A stretch of 64,000 nt of DNA from Gemmatimonas sp. (GTDB lineage Bacteria; Gemmatimonadota; Gemmatimonadetes; Gemmatimonadales; Gemmatimonadaceae): the NCBI GenBank assembly GCA_031414535.1, contig JANNVQ010000007.1:23317-87316 (forward strand). Reading direction: 5' to 3'. This document shows positions 20,485-29,503 of this stretch, in pieces. The notes under the pieces are model-generated. The model was not told the DNA's origin, ran no database searches, and saw only the letters and a list, made by a program, of their open reading frames with translations. Positions within the stretch are counted from its first letter, which is position 1. Each line of letters begins with the position of its first letter. A program made the translations under genes and the position numbers.

Positions 20485-21219
20485 CTAAAGCCGTAAAGTG
20501 AATCCGACGGAGGTCGATACGCCCGATAGATCGAGCTTCTCGAATCCCTGGAACGACGGGCGGCCGTCAGCCGATGCGTGGATGTACTTCAACTCTGTCG
20601 TGATGGCGATGCTCGGTATCAAGGTCCACACCACGCCCGTACTGCCAAGCACGAAGCCGGCCTTACCCGAAGCCTCGTAGTTATCTCGAAAAATTTCGAG
20701 CGTCTGGGAATCCACAAACTCGCCGTTTTGCGTGAAGCGGTACGACATCCGCCCAGCGCCGAGTCCAACATAAGGCACTACGCTGTTCGGAATCCAAGCA
20801 TAGGTACCGATCTTCGTGCCGCGCGGGCGCAGCGCGTAGCGGACGGTCGCGCTCAAAGGCCGACGAATGAAGCGCGTGCGCTGATTGATTGGTTGTCCGT
20901 TTTCGTCCAACCAATCGCGAAGCTCTGACTGCGTGCGACCATCCGTAACGCCGTAGCTGAGCACGAGATCAGTCCTCGCATTGAGCCGGAAAGCCAAGTC
21001 CACGTTCTGGTCGAATGAGGCGATGTCGCGGCGTGACATCGCGAGCTCATCGAAGGCAAAGGCCCACAGGTCACCGCGTGAGGTCGCGAGCCCAACCCCG
21101 CCGGATAGCGTTAGCGTGGCGGGCGGCTCGCGAAAGAGGTATCCGCGTTCGCGTTCGCTCTGCGCAGCGACTGCCGTAGGTAGTACGGCGAGCAAAAGTG
21201 CCAATACAAACCGGCGCAT
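20485..21219 (-). CDS. Outer-membrane beta-barrel protein (small, OmpA/OmpW-like)
   Basis: Signal peptide, alternating beta-strands, VVPYVGLGAG, C-terminal strand STSVGFTLRL; SD GGAGG before the ATG at 21219. Confidence 0.75.
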   Translation of the reverse strand: MRRFVLALLLAVLPTAVAAQSERERGYLFREPPATLTLSGGVGLATSRGDLWAFAFDELAMSRRDIASFDQNVDLAFRLNARTDLVLSYGVTDGRTQSELRDWLDENGQPINQRTRFIRRPLSATVRYALRPRGTKIGTYAWIPNSVVPYVGLGAGRMSYRFTQNGEFVDSQTLEIFRDNYEASGKAGFVLGSTGVVWTLIPSIAITTELKYIHASADGRPSFQGFEKLDLSGVSTSVGFTLRL

Positions 21220-21246
21220 CTTCCCTCCAAAATGTCCGCAATACAA

Positions 21247-21272
21247 AATCTACCACTTTGTCGCGGCAAAGT
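21247..21272 (-). promoter_or_regulatory. Extended -10 promoter with adjacent 18-bp palindrome
   Basis: Minus strand ACTTTGCCGCGACAAAGT (16/18 symmetric) running into TG-G-TAGATT. Confidence 0.45.
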
Positions 21273-21307
21273 TCCCCGAGAACTGGGGCGTTTGGCCCGG
21301 GCCGTAC

Positions 21308-21835
21308 CTAGAACGAAACTAGCGTCTCCACCAGCACCCCGTGGAGGGTCTTCCGCCAAGGCAGGAACGAAAGGTCAATGACCACCCCAATGCCGGCCAC
21401 CCCAGCGCCGAGCCGATTCGCCAAGCGCCGGGTCGCGGCAGCCGTACCACCCGTGGCGAGCACGTCGTCCACGATGAGCACGAGCGAAGTGGCATCAATG
21501 GCGTCGGTGTGGATTTCCACGGCGTCCTCACCGTACTCCAATGCGTAACGCTCGGTAAGATGGGCGCTCGGCAGCTTGCCAGGCTTCCGCACGGGCACGA
21601 GCGCTGCGCCCAAATGTTGCGCGACCGGCGCGCCAAACAGGAAGCCGCGACTCTCGATGGCCAGGACGTGCGTGATGGACTTTCCCTTCCAAGGCGCGGC
21701 CATAGCGGCCGTAACGTCGGCGAACAGGGCCGGGTCCTGCAGCAGCGGCGTGATGTCCTTGAACACGATGCCCGGTTTGGGAAAGTCCGGCACATCGCGA
21801 ATGGTCGCCTTCAGGCGATCGGCGAGACTAAGCAT
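21308..21835 (-). CDS. apt: Adenine phosphoribosyltransferase
   Basis: DVPDFPKPGIVFKDITPLL, ESRGF, RKPGKLP, YALEYG, VDDVLATGGT. Start could be 21844. Confidence 0.97.
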   Translation of the reverse strand: MLSLADRLKATIRDVPDFPKPGIVFKDITPLLQDPALFADVTAAMAAPWKGKSITHVLAIESRGFLFGAPVAQHLGAALVPVRKPGKLPSAHLTERYALEYGEDAVEIHTDAIDATSLVLIVDDVLATGGTAAATRRLANRLGAGVAGIGVVIDLSFLPWRKTLHGVLVETLVSF

Positions 21836-22484
21836 CGAAGCCATGTTGACCAATGAGAGGAACGAAGCGCATTACATCGAGGGTGCTGCGCGTGAATCCC
21901 TCGGGCGTGCGGCGCACTCGGATGAGCTTCTGGGTATCGCGGTCGCCAACGGGAATCAACAATTGCCCGCCTTCGCTCAGCTGGTCAAGCAATGGCTGTG
22001 GTATGTCAGGTGAGGCCGCGCCCACGAGGATTGCATCGTAGGGTCCGTATTCAGCCCAGCCCATCGTGCCGTCGCCCACGCGCTGAATTACGTGGTCAAT
22101 GCCACAACGCCGCAACGACTCGCGGGCCTGCTCTGCCAGCGGCGCGATCCGCTCAATACTGAACACGTGCTGCGCGAGCTTGGTAATGAGCGCCGTCTGG
22201 AAACCCGAGCCAGTACCAATCTCGAGCACCCGCTCCTGACCCCTGAGCTCTAACAGTTCCAAGTACTTCGCGTGCACCCACGGCTGGGAGATTGTCTGCC
22301 CTTGCCCAATGGGTAGTGGCGAATCCTCGTAGGCGCGATGCCGCAAGCCCGTCGGAACGAACTCGTGCCGCGGCACGTCATCGAAGGCCTTCAAGACGCT
22401 AAGGCTTCGAATCCCCTTTCGCTGCAGTTCCTCAATCAAGCGACGGCGTGCGCCGCCGAACTGCGGCGTCAGAGCGGACGCCAC
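21828..22484 (-). CDS. pcm: Protein-L-isoaspartate O-methyltransferase
   Basis: GQTISQP, VLEIGTGSGFQ, GPYDAILV, RFVPLIG. Confidence 0.96.
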   Translation of the reverse strand: MASALTPQFGGARRRLIEELQRKGIRSLSVLKAFDDVPRHEFVPTGLRHRAYEDSPLPIGQGQTISQPWVHAKYLELLELRGQERVLEIGTGSGFQTALITKLAQHVFSIERIAPLAEQARESLRRCGIDHVIQRVGDGTMGWAEYGPYDAILVGAASPDIPQPLLDQLSEGGQLLIPVGDRDTQKLIRVRRTPEGFTRSTLDVMRFVPLIGQHGFDA

Positions 22485-23230
22485 CAGCGCTCCGCGTCGT
22501 CGAGGCGGTCCTTGGCCGTCAGATCCAGATGCAGGGGCGTGACGGAGATATAGCCATCCTTCACCGCACGGAAGTCGGAATCGTCAGAGCCACTCCACGC
22601 GACCGAGCCACCGCCAATCCAGAAAATTTCGCGCCCCCACGGGTCCTTCATTGGCGTCAGCGAATCGCTGAAAACACGCCGGCCGAGGCGCGTGAGCCGT
22701 ACACCCTTCACCTCCGCGGCCGGCACCGCCGGGATGTTCACATTCAGCAACGTATCGGCCGGGAAGGCCGGCAGCGATGTGAGATGCGCGAAGAGCTTGG
22801 TGAGGTTGTCCACGTGATCGGCGAGCAGCGTGTCGTCGGCGCGCAGCACGCGCCCAGCAAACGACACCGCGATGCTCGGTACGCCCAGCGCCAGGCCTTC
22901 CATGGCAGCGGCCACCGTACCTGAGTAGAGCACATCCTCGCCCATATTCGGGCCGTGATTGATGCCGCTCAGCACGAAGTCTGGGCGCTCGGGGAGCAGG
23001 GCCTCGATGGCGAGCATCACACAGTCCGTAGGCGTGCCGTCCACTTGCCAGCGCTGCGGACCCAACTGGATGGGCCGTAGCGGATGATGCAACGTCAGTG
23101 AGTGGCTGGTGGCGCTCTGCTCGCGGTCCGGCGCAACCACCCAGACGTCACCCAGTGGGCGAGCGGCGCGCTCGAGGCACTCCAGCCCTCGCGCGAGAAT
23201 TCCATCATCATTGCTCAGCAGCAGCCGCAT
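22469..23230 (-). CDS. surE: 5'/3'-nucleotidase SurE
   Basis: LSNDDGI, DGTPTDCV, SGINHGPNMGEDVLYSGTVAAA, ISVTPL. Confidence 0.97.
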   Translation of the reverse strand: MRLLLSNDDGILARGLECLERAARPLGDVWVVAPDREQSATSHSLTLHHPLRPIQLGPQRWQVDGTPTDCVMLAIEALLPERPDFVLSGINHGPNMGEDVLYSGTVAAAMEGLALGVPSIAVSFAGRVLRADDTLLADHVDNLTKLFAHLTSLPAFPADTLLNVNIPAVPAAEVKGVRLTRLGRRVFSDSLTPMKDPWGREIFWIGGGSVAWSGSDDSDFRAVKDGYISVTPLHLDLTAKDRLDDAERWWRPL

Positions 23231-23589
23231 CAGTCGTTCCGCTCCAAAATGGCGAGGATTCCCAGTAGATCCTTCTCCAGCATCTGCACCGTCTCCGTAT
23301 CCAAGCCATGCCGAGCGGCGGGCTTGACGCCGCCACTTTTGCGGTGCTCATCCACCTTCTGTTTGGCGCCTTCGATGGTGTACTTCTCGGTGTACAGTAA
23401 ATGCTTCACCAGCATGACCAGTTCGACTTCGCGCCGCGTGTAGACGCGGTTGCCCGAACGGTTCTTGGCCGGTGACAGAAACCGGAACTGGCTTTCCCAA
23501 TAGCGCAGGACATGTGGCTTGAGGTCCGAGAGCTCACACACGTCCCCGATGGAGAAGAACTCGCGGATAGGTTCCGCCCCAGACGCCAT
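23230..23589 (-). CDS. MerR-family HTH regulator
   Basis: FSIGDVCEL...HVLRYWESQF..L.P.KNRSGNRVY...YTIEGAK. Confidence 0.9.
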   Translation of the reverse strand: MASGAEPIREFFSIGDVCELSDLKPHVLRYWESQFRFLSPAKNRSGNRVYTRREVELVMLVKHLLYTEKYTIEGAKQKVDEHRKSGGVKPAARHGLDTETVQMLEKDLLGILAILERND

Positions 23590-24581
23590 CAGTCCTGCTC
23601 TCCCTTCAGATCGCGGGTCATCAACTCCACCAGCGCCCAGCGTGCCGGTTGACGCTCAAAGAGGACGCGATGCACCGCGTTCACAATCGGCATCTCCACA
23701 CCGTGTTTCTCGGCGAGGCGCTTCGCGGTCTCCGTGGTGGTCACACCCTCGGCAACGGTCTCGCGGCCCTGGAGGATCTCGTTCAGCGCTGCTCCGCGAC
23801 CGATCTCCAGTCCGACGGCGCGATTGCGCGACAGGGAGCCGGTGCACGTAAGCACGAGGTCGCCCATTCCGGCGAGTCCGGCAAAGGTCCGCGGATCCGC
23901 ACCCAGCTTCACGCCCAGACGCGTCATCTCAGCGAGGCCGCGCGTGATGAGTGCAGCGCGGGCATTGAAGCCCAGTTGCAATCCGTCGGCAATGCCGGTG
24001 GCCACGGCCATCACGTTCTTGATGGCCCCGCCGAGTTCTACGCCAATGACGTCACTCTGTGTGTAGACGCGAAACGCCGAGGTGGAAAGTGCCTGCTGCG
24101 TGAGACGCGCGGCATCTTCGTCGGCGGACGCGGCCACGATGGCGGTCGGCAGGTGATTGGCTACCTCCAACGCGAAGCTCGGGCCGCTGAGCGCGACGAT
24201 GGGATGACCCTGAATCTCACCGCCCACCACATCGGTCATCAGCTCGAGCTTGTCGCGATCAATGCCCTTGGTGGCGACGACGAGTGGCACGCCGGCCGGC
24301 ACGAATCGCGCGCAACTCGCGGCAACCTGCCGGAGCACGTGTGAGGGCGCCACAAAGATGACGAGCTCCACGCCCTCGAGCACATGCTCCTCGACGCTCG
24401 AGGCACGCAAGTCGGGATGCAGCGAGACACCGGCGAGGAAGCGTCGGTTCTCATTCGCCGCGTTGATGCTCTCCACCACATCGGCCTCGTAGGCCCAGAG
24501 CATCACCTCGTGGTCGTTCTCAGAGAGCAGGTTGGCGAGCGCGGTGCCCCAAGCGCCCGCGCCAATCACGGCAATTTTCAC
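23589..24581 (-). CDS. gpsA: NAD(P)H-dependent glycerol-3-phosphate dehydrogenase
   Basis: GAGAWGTALA, LSGPSFA, GGAIKNV, GLAGMGDLVLTC, SRN. Confidence 0.97.
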   Translation of the reverse strand: MKIAVIGAGAWGTALANLLSENDHEVMLWAYEADVVESINAANENRRFLAGVSLHPDLRASSVEEHVLEGVELVIFVAPSHVLRQVAASCARFVPAGVPLVVATKGIDRDKLELMTDVVGGEIQGHPIVALSGPSFALEVANHLPTAIVAASADEDAARLTQQALSTSAFRVYTQSDVIGVELGGAIKNVMAVATGIADGLQLGFNARAALITRGLAEMTRLGVKLGADPRTFAGLAGMGDLVLTCTGSLSRNRAVGLEIGRGAALNEILQGRETVAEGVTTTETAKRLAEKHGVEMPIVNAVHRVLFERQPARWALVELMTRDLKGEQD

Positions 24582-25237
24582 GCGACCTCCTTCGTCTTTC
24601 CGAATGTCTTAGGCTCCGTACCCGCACGAAGCCGCGCAATGTTCTTTGTGTGCAGTCCAATCACCGCGCCCATAACCAAGGCCGCGGTCAGGACAAGCGG
24701 GAGGTTGTCAATGTCGATGACGAGCACCGAGATGAAGAGCGTGACGGCAGCAGCAAGACTGGCCAAAGAAACGTATCCGCTCCCGGCCGCCACCACGATA
24801 AATGCAATGAGAGCAACGCCGAGGGCGACCGGTTGAAGCCCGAGAAACACGCCAGCTGCCGTCGCGACGCCCTTTCCGCCACCCTTCCACAGCAGGAAGA
24901 TGGGCTTCAAATGTCCGAGAATTGCGGCAATGCCGCAACCGATAGCCCAGAGGGTGAGATCGCGCGTTTCGAATCCCCACACGCCGGCAATGCGCGGCGG
25001 AAGCAGCAGCACCGGCAGGTAGCCTTTTGCCGCATCAATCAGCAGCACGATGATGGCAGGCACGGGGCCCAAGTTCCGGTACACGTTGGTGGCCCCAAGG
25101 TTGCCGGACCCTATGGTGCGCAGATCAATGCCCTTCAGGAGGCGACCGGCGATGTACGCCGTGGGAATGGAGCCACACAAATACGCTGCGAACAGCGCGA
25201 GACTCCAATGCATCCCTCCGCCTCCCCACTCACTCAT
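24578..25237 (-). CDS. plsY: Acyl-phosphate:glycerol-3-phosphate acyltransferase
   Basis: YLCGSIP, GSGNLGATN, GGKGVATAAG, HTKNIARL..GTE. Confidence 0.96.
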   Translation of the reverse strand: MSEWGGGGMHWSLALFAAYLCGSIPTAYIAGRLLKGIDLRTIGSGNLGATNVYRNLGPVPAIIVLLIDAAKGYLPVLLLPPRIAGVWGFETRDLTLWAIGCGIAAILGHLKPIFLLWKGGGKGVATAAGVFLGLQPVALGVALIAFIVVAAGSGYVSLASLAAAVTLFISVLVIDIDNLPLVLTAALVMGAVIGLHTKNIARLRAGTEPKTFGKTKEVA

Positions 25238-26549
25238 TGCGACCACCCTTCTGGCGCATCATGATGTTGAGGGGGTTTCCAAGGAAGCCGTACTTCTCGC
25301 GGAAGCCATTGTGCAGGTAGCGCACATAGTGCTCCTGCACGAGATCCGGATGATTGCCCAACACCACGATGCCCGGCGGTGCGGTGGCCACCTGCGTGGC
25401 AAAGTTGAGCTTCACCTCGTGACCGGCCGCCTGCGGCGGCTGACGACGCGCCAAGAGCTCCTGCAGCGTGTCGTTGACGTCAGAGGTGGGAATGCGCTTG
25501 GATCGCTCAGCCTCAACCTGGAGCAGCAAGTCGAGTACCTTCGTCACGCGCTGGCCCGTCAGCGCAGACGTGAATAGGAACGGAATCCATTTCAGGTAAG
25601 GCGCCTTCTCGGCGCATTCCTTCTCAAACTTGGCGGCCGTCTTGTCGTCCTTCTCCTTCAAGTCCCACTTGTTGACGACGATGATCATCCCGCGCCCGGC
25701 TTCCCACGCCAGCGTCGCAATCTTGAGGTCCTGATTGTGCAGGCCCTCAACGGCGTCAATCATCAGGATGCAAATGTCGGAGCGCTCGATGGCGCGCCGC
25801 GTGCGCAGCGACGAATAGAACTCAATGCCGTCGTCAATCTTGCTCTGACGCCGTAGGCCTGCGGTGTCCACGAAGATGAACGGGCGCTGATGATACGTGA
25901 ACGGCGTGTCAATGGAATCGCGCGTGGTGCCTGGTGTGTCGCTCACCACCAAACGCTCTTCGCCCAGCAAGCGGTTGATGTACGAGCTCTTGCCCACATT
26001 CGGGCGACCGATGACAGCCACGCGGAGCACTTCGGGGCCAGGTTCATCCTCATTCGCGGGCAAGCGCTCGACGATGGTGTCGAGCAGGTCGCCGGAGTTC
26101 TTGCCGTTGGTGGCAGACACAGGCATCACATCGCCTGCGCCGAGATTGAAGAATTCGAAATAGTCCGTGCTCTTTGGGTCGTCCACCTTGTTCGCGACGA
26201 CAAGCCACGGCTTCCGCGATCCGCGCAACATGTCCAGAATGCGCGAGTCGCTGGGATGCAGACCGGCCTTCGCATCCACCATGAACAGCATCAGGTCGGC
26301 TTCGGCAATGGCCTCGCGCACCTGATGCTTGATCGCCACGTCCATCGGGAGCACGGAGTCTTCAATGAGACCGCCCGTGTCTACCAGCCAGAAGGAACGT
26401 CCCTGCCACTCGCAGCGTGAGAAGTGACGGTCACGCGTGGTGCCCGCTTCCTCGCTCACGATGGCGGCGTTGTCGCCGATGAGTCGATTAAACAGCGCGG
26501 ACTTGCCCACGTTCGGGCGTCCGACGAGTGCCACGACTGGGATGCTCAT
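25230..26549 (-). CDS. der: Ribosome biogenesis GTPase Der
   Basis: Two G domains (GRPNVGKS twice; DTGG/DTAG; NKVD/NKWD) and a KH-like C-terminus. Confidence 0.98.
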   Translation of the reverse strand: MSIPVVALVGRPNVGKSALFNRLIGDNAAIVSEEAGTTRDRHFSRCEWQGRSFWLVDTGGLIEDSVLPMDVAIKHQVREAIAEADLMLFMVDAKAGLHPSDSRILDMLRGSRKPWLVVANKVDDPKSTDYFEFFNLGAGDVMPVSATNGKNSGDLLDTIVERLPANEDEPGPEVLRVAVIGRPNVGKSSYINRLLGEERLVVSDTPGTTRDSIDTPFTYHQRPFIFVDTAGLRRQSKIDDGIEFYSSLRTRRAIERSDICILMIDAVEGLHNQDLKIATLAWEAGRGMIIVVNKWDLKEKDDKTAAKFEKECAEKAPYLKWIPFLFTSALTGQRVTKVLDLLLQVEAERSKRIPTSDVNDTLQELLARRQPPQAAGHEVKLNFATQVATAPPGIVVLGNHPDLVQEHYVRYLHNGFREKYGFLGNPLNIMMRQKGGRNE

Positions 26550-27850
26550 CGGGCGCCTCCCGCTGCCACGCCGGCGGAAGAACCTTCATGCTCCAACACG
26601 TCAATGAAATCGTACGAGGGATACACGGGCATCGGGAGGGACTCGCGGACGGCGATGAAGGACTCGTCGTCCAGAAAGATGCCGTCCTGATTGATGGTCT
26701 CGGCGGGAATCAGCGCGAGATCGAGGTCGGTACGGTCGGTGAGCGCGCGACGAATGTCGGCTCCCACGAGGAGGCCAGCAGTTGTCACGGTAGGACCGAA
26801 AAGAGAATTCGTCGTTGCAATCATTTCAAACTCGGCGCCCGTCTGGGCGCGCAACTGCTCGAGCAGCGGTGGCATCAGCGTATGCATCGCGGTGCCCGTC
26901 ACAATCCCGATCTTCCGACCATCAAGGCGCGGCAAGCGCTTCACGCCATCGCGCACGCGGTCTCGAAGAGACGTCACGGCACCCACGCCGTTCTCAATCT
27001 GCGAGAAGTCTCCATAGTGAGCGGCCAGCGGCAGTTCGCGCTCCGCCAACAGATAGAGCTCGTCCGACCCATATACCCACACTTCGCCGCGCTCCTTCTG
27101 CGCCTTCGCCGACCAGCGCTCGGCCGTCTCGAGAATTGCCCGGGCATTCTCGCGATCCATGGACTTGCCGGTGTAGATGTGCGAAAACTGCGTCAGGCCC
27201 ACCGGCACGAGAGCCACGCTCAGACAGTTTTCGCCGAAGTTGTAGAGGTCACGCAGCGAGGCTTCGAGCACCTCGCCGTCGTTGAGCCCCGGCACCACGA
27301 CCATCTGGCCGTGGAACTGGATGCCACCGTCGGTGAGCAAGGTGAGCTGCTCAAGGATGTTGGGCACGCGCGGATTGTTGAGCAGCACCTTGCGGGCTTC
27401 CCACGGCGTGGCGTGCACCGAGACGTAGAGCGGCGAGAGCCTGTACTCGAGGATGCGCGCGATGTCGCGCTCCTTCAAGTTCGAGAGCGTCGCAAAGTTG
27501 CCGTAGGCGAACGAGAGGCGGTAGTCGTCGTCGCGAATGTACAGGCCCTTTCGCAGGCCCTTCGGCAATCCCTCGATGAAGCAGAACTCGCAGCGATTGG
27601 CGCAGCGCCGCACGTTCGGTGGCTCGAGTTCAAGCCCCATCGGCTCCCCGCCCTCGCGCTCGATCTCGAACACGACGTGCTCGCCGTCCGTCAGCTTCGC
27701 CTCAAGCTCAAAGGCGTCATCTGCCGTCAAAAACTCCCAATCGAGGAAGTCTTCCAAGGCGCGCCCGTCCACGCTCAGCAGTTCCGTACCGGGGGTGATC
27801 CCCAGCTCGGCGGCAATGCTATCGGGGTGGACCTTACTGACGCGGACCAT
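26546..27850 (-). CDS. PDZ + radical-SAM-like DUF512 protein
   Basis: N-terminal PDZ-like SIAAELGI; CANRCEFC (CxxxCxxC); DDDYRLSF.YGNF; QIENGVG. Confidence 0.9.
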   Translation of the reverse strand: MVRVSKVHPDSIAAELGITPGTELLSVDGRALEDFLDWEFLTADDAFELEAKLTDGEHVVFEIEREGGEPMGLELEPPNVRRCANRCEFCFIEGLPKGLRKGLYIRDDDYRLSFAYGNFATLSNLKERDIARILEYRLSPLYVSVHATPWEARKVLLNNPRVPNILEQLTLLTDGGIQFHGQMVVVPGLNDGEVLEASLRDLYNFGENCLSVALVPVGLTQFSHIYTGKSMDRENARAILETAERWSAKAQKERGEVWVYGSDELYLLAERELPLAAHYGDFSQIENGVGAVTSLRDRVRDGVKRLPRLDGRKIGIVTGTAMHTLMPPLLEQLRAQTGAEFEMIATTNSLFGPTVTTAGLLVGADIRRALTDRTDLDLALIPAETINQDGIFLDDESFIAVRESLPMPVYPSYDFIDVLEHEGSSAGVAAGGAR

Positions 27851-27887
27851 CAGAAAACTCGAGGGCTACTGGGCGACTGACTGAGAC

Positions 27888-27911
27888 AAAAAAAGCCGCG
27901 CGATGCGGCTT
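27888..27911 (-). terminator. Intrinsic terminator-like hairpin with U7 tract
   Basis: Minus strand AAGCCGC-ATCGC-GCGGC-TTTTTTT. Confidence 0.75.
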
Positions 27912-27915
27912 AGAA

Positions 27916-27944
27916 AATGTATGAGCCTAGCACACGGAAGTCAA
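27916..27944 (-). promoter_or_regulatory. Sigma70-type promoter for the DUF512-der operon
   Basis: Minus strand TTGACT-N17-TACATT. Confidence 0.65.
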
Positions 27945-27967
27945 TGTGGCTTCGGCACTTGCGCGAC

Positions 27968-29500
27968 CTAGTCCCAGTCCGCGCCGCGCGCCCTCCAGCT
28001 CTCGGGAATGGATACCCTCGGACCCCTCGCGACATAGATGCGAAGGTCACGCTCCTCGGGTACGCCGCGAGGGTCGCCAATCGAATCAACCTGCACCACC
28101 TCGCGGAACAGTTGAACCAATCCCGGGAGTGCGTCGGGGCCCTCAATGAGAATCGCAATCTCGCCCGTCCGCCCGTAGAGCCCCCAAGCGTGAAAGTCCC
28201 CAGACGTGGAGATGGGATACGGATAGCCGAGGCGCGGCGCGTAGCGGGCAATCGCCCCTGCTTCACCGTAGTTGCTCGCAGAAATCACCGTCACGGCTTG
28301 ATCTGCTGGGCTCAGCGACTTGTAAACGCGCGAGACGGCCTCTGCCTGGGCACGCCAGCCGAGCATATCGGCATAGTCCTGTGGGAGCTCCAGCCGCTCA
28401 CCCCAGTTGGTCTTTGTACCTACCCCGAGCCACGCGGCATAGCCGGCCATCTGAGCAGGCGGTAGCACGGGGATCCCGAGCGGTAGCAGTACCAGTCCAC
28501 CAACGGCGATTAGCGCCGCGAGTGCGCGCTGCATGTTCACCCCAAGAGTGGCTACGACAATCGCCCCAAGCGCGATGAGCGCCGGATACGCAGGCGCCAC
28601 GTAGTACTCTTTCCCGCCCTGCCAGAGGACGAGACCGAGAAGCACCAAGGCGAAGCCCGCGGCAACACGAGCTGGGCCCGCAAGCGCCTGCGCGTTGCGG
28701 CCGCTCGCCGACCACACACCAGCCGCGGCGACGACCACACCGCTGCCCAGCATCAACACTTGGCCCGTGAGCGTCCCAACCAAACTTGTCTCCTCGAACT
28801 GACCCTCTTTAAGCGCAGCCAGCGACTTCAAGAACGGCCAGTCAAAGTGGATCTGCCCGAAAAGCGTTGGGAGCCCGAGTGCGAGCGCCATCCCGAGCGC
28901 CAACCAGGGCCAGCGAGTGCGCAGCTGCCGACGCAGTTCCGGATGCGCAATCACGACGACTGCGGCCGCGACTCCGTACAAGAGCACCGAAAACTTCGTG
29001 AGAAACCCGAGCCCGAATCCCAGACCCGCGAGCATCCACCACTCCGGGCGCCGCTCGTACACCGCGAGCATCAATGCGCCGACAGCGATGGTCGCCCACA
29101 GTTGATCGAAGATCACGGGCTGGAACAGCGCCGAGGGCCGCAGGAACACCGGCGCCGCAACCAGTGCCATCCAGGCCCACGCCATCGCGCGACGGCCACC
29201 GCCGAGTCGTTGGAGCAGCCAGAGCACGAAGAGTGTGAGCGCCGCGCCGCCTGCCGCCGCTGGTACGCGCGCAGACCATACGGAGTCTCCGAAGATCGCA
29301 GTACTCAGCGCCGCGACTGCGGGCACCAGCGGCGGGAACTGCATGCGAAGCGCGAGATGATCGCCCATCGCGAAGTACAACAGTTCATCGCGATGGTATT
29401 CCCAACTGGGGTCAATCAGCACCAGCGGTAGCACGAATCGCAGCGCGACCAGCAGGACGATGAAGGTCCAACGCCGGCGTCGAACGCGCGCATCTTGCAT
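27968..29500 (-). CDS. ArnT/PMT-like GT-C glycosyltransferase
   Basis: YHRDELLY first-loop motif, PPL, LTKFS, many TM helices, YVAPAYP, NYGEAGA. Confidence 0.85.
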   Translation of the reverse strand: MQDARVRRRRWTFIVLLVALRFVLPLVLIDPSWEYHRDELLYFAMGDHLALRMQFPPLVPAVAALSTAIFGDSVWSARVPAAAGGAALTLFVLWLLQRLGGGRRAMAWAWMALVAAPVFLRPSALFQPVIFDQLWATIAVGALMLAVYERRPEWWMLAGLGFGLGFLTKFSVLLYGVAAAVVVIAHPELRRQLRTRWPWLALGMALALGLPTLFGQIHFDWPFLKSLAALKEGQFEETSLVGTLTGQVLMLGSGVVVAAAGVWSASGRNAQALAGPARVAAGFALVLLGLVLWQGGKEYYVAPAYPALIALGAIVVATLGVNMQRALAALIAVGGLVLLPLGIPVLPPAQMAGYAAWLGVGTKTNWGERLELPQDYADMLGWRAQAEAVSRVYKSLSPADQAVTVISASNYGEAGAIARYAPRLGYPYPISTSGDFHAWGLYGRTGEIAILIEGPDALPGLVQLFREVVQVDSIGDPRGVPEERDLRIYVARGPRVSIPESWRARGADWD

Positions 29501-29503
29501 CGC

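Noticed and set aside
18941..21219. Genomic island at tRNA-Arg
   Set aside because: No integrase, no duplicated tRNA 3' end seen, and no obvious compositional shift.
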